Translations under genes and position numbers: made by a program
Assembly (NCBI GenBank): GCA_013265495.1
Contig: MU058451.1
Coordinates: 1,402,167-1,466,166 of the forward strand
Source: Vicugna vicugna
Taxonomy: Eukaryota
Length of the DNA: 64,000 nt
Reading direction: 5' to 3'
Part shown: piece by piece, positions 61,781 through 64,000 of the stretch
Layout of the letters: each line of letters begins with the position of its first letter
Numbering within the stretch: position 1 is the stretch's first letter
The notes under the pieces: model-generated
What the model saw: only the letters and a program-made list of their open reading frames with translations
The model's database searches: none
What the model was told of the DNA's origin: nothing

Positions 61781-64000
61781 TTTCTTCTACCTTATTCCCT
61801 CTTTTCCTTCTGGAGTTCCACTTACAGTATATTAGACCATTTGGCCTTCTTTCAGAGCCCTCTTGGAAGCCCTCTTATGCTTTGTTTTTCACTGTTTTTT
61901 GTGTGTTTCCATTTGGGTAATTTCTGTTGCTCTGTCTTCAAGATCACTGAATTTTACTTCAGCTGTGCAAGTCTAGTAGTGAGCCCCTCAAAGACAATCT
62001 TTATATCTGGTACCATTTCCGTTTGGTTCTGTCTTTTAGTTCCCCTCTATCTGCTGAAATCGCCTGTTTCTTTATGGATGTTGCTTATCCTTTTTTCAAG
62101 AACTTTTAACATTAATCAGAGTTATTTTTAACTTTTTCTCTTGAAGTAATTTTAGACTTAAGGAAAAGTTTAAAAGATAGTAAAGTGTTCCTGTAGATGC
62201 TTCACTCAGCTTCTCCTAATGTTAACATCTTACCTAACCACGGTATGGTTATCAAAACTAAGAAATTAACGGCACAGTACTGTTAACCTAACGACAGATT
62301 TTACTCAGATTTCACCAGTTATTCCACTAGTGTTCTTACTCTTTCTCAGAATCCCAAACAGGGCCCACAATGCATTTAGTTGTCATGTCTCTTTAATCTT
62401 CTCTGACCTAGGACAGTTTCTCAATCTTTCCTCTATTTTTATCCTCCTTAACATACAGGAGTGTCAAGAGTAGTGTCAACAGTAGTGCTCAGGTTTTTGT
62501 AGAATGTCCCTTAATTTGTTTTCTGTGGTGTTTTTCTCATGAATAGATTAAGGTCATTGATTTTGGGGAAATGCGTCACAGAGATGATGGGCTTTTCTCA
62601 GGGCATTATATCGGGGGCTCATAATATCAATATATCTTATTAAAGATGGTGTCAATTTTGGTGACTTGGGTTAGGTGGTGGCTGTCAGCGTTCTCCAATG
62701 TAAAATTATTATTTCCCCATTTATAATTAATAAATATTTGGGGGGAGATACCTTGAGGCTGTGAGATATCCTGTTTCTCTTTAAACTTTTGTCCACTGAT
62801 TTTAACATTTGCTGATAGAATTTGCCTGTAGCAATTGCCGCTATTGTGTTCTGATGGCCATTTTCTATTTCCTTCATTCTGTCTACATTTAATGATTGGA
62901 ATTATTCTGCAAGGATGAATTATTCCTTCTCCTTCATTTATGTATTTGTTTGCTGTGTTTATATCAGTATGGACCCCCAGTAACCACCAATCTGTTTTTC
63001 CTCCTGATAATTTTCCCTTTTTAATGTTATATAAATGGAATAATGCAATATATAGCACTTGGGATCTGCCTTATTTTGCTTAGAAAACACATTTAAGTTT
63101 CATCCATCTTATTATGTGATTCAGTATTTCATTCATTTTTACTGTTGAGTCATATTCTAGTGTATAAGGTATATATTTTGTTTATGTGTTCATCATTTGA
63201 AGAACACCTAGGGTTTCCAGTTTTCAGCAGTTATGAATAAAGCCACTGTAAACATTGTGTACAGACTTTTGTGTGAACACAACTTTTTCATTCATCTGGA
63301 TAATGCATAGGGGTGTGATTGCCAGGGCATGTGGTAAATAAGTGTTTGACTTTACAAGAGACTGTCAAACTGGTTTCCAAAGTGGCTGTATCATCTTGCA
63401 TACCAACCAGCAGTATGTAGAAATTTCAGTTGCTAAGCATTTTAGGTATTATTAGTTTAAAAAATTTTTAGCCATTTTAATAGTTGTGTTCTTGTATCTC
63501 ATTGTGAATCACAGAAATTTAAACCTTTTTGTTTCATAGATTTAACATCTGCGCTACCTGAGCCTGGTTCTGTTGGTTGGTTGGTCTCTTGACAGTCGGG
63601 CTGTCTTTTTTCTTTCTTATTGTGCATCATCTAATAATTTCCTGAAACTCAGGTGTATTTATTTGTGCCTAGTAATGAACACCGCCCTTCTTTTGCTAGG
63701 TCTTTACTGTGAGGGTTTAAATTCTTCCTAGGAGCTGAGCTCAATTTGCGTGTTGTTATGGTTACTCTTATTACACCGCTGGCTTCAAGTATTTCCAGCA
63801 TTACTTTGTGGTCAGGGCGAGGACTGGGTTTCTGATGGGTTTTTCTCAATTTTCCTGTTCCACTCTTAGCTTTAGACTGTACTGTGAGCATGTAGTTCGG
63901 AGATCTCTCCTCAAGCTCTTGTCTGCCTCTCATTGGTAGACTGATGTTGATTGTTATTCAAGGCTGGCTAGCTTGGTGATGGGAGATTAGTACATGTTAT
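61780..64000 (-). mobile_element. Mosaic of old antisense L1M fragments
   Basis: ORF1-like text at 61780-62130 and L1MC/MD-type 3' ends (TCTCCTAATGTTAACATCTTACCTAACCA; ATGAATAAAGCCACTGTAAACATTGTGTACA). Confidence 0.75.

Noticed and set aside
1..64000. CRISPR arrays, tRNA/rRNA genes or prokaryote-type systems
   Set aside because: The sequence is clearly mammalian, and I saw no spaced direct-repeat array or structured RNA gene.

Overview
Mammalian genomic DNA, probably a cetartiodactyl and most likely a camelid (inferred from the young L1 3' ends and the lack of CHR, PRE1 or BovA SINEs). The only intact protein-coding gene is musculin (MSC/MyoR/ABF-1, a bHLH factor) on the minus strand. It has two coding exons (4952-4443 and 3547-3461, 198 aa) inside a CpG-rich domain. 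The remaining ~58 kb looks like repeat-rich intergenic or lncRNA territory, corresponding to the human MSC-AS1 interval between MSC and TRPA1. It holds L1, MLT, MIR, hAT and Tigger elements and a decayed RPS20 retrocopy. The main hidden signal is a series of short non-repeat segments on the + strand at about 22.4, 28.3, 29.4, 30.0, 30.8, 42.4 and 43.6 kb. Translated through frameshifts and stops, they match successive exons of BTBD8/APache (BTB-BTB-BACK-like) in the correct order. This suggests a long-dead, intron-containing BTBD8 paralogue lying head-to-head with MSC, possibly once driven by the orphan CpG island with tandem E-boxes at 9.5-9.9 kb. A 245-bp tandem duplication in which one copy was converted into a perfect hairpin is also present. 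All homology and repeat-family calls were made by eye against remembered sequences; no searches were run.
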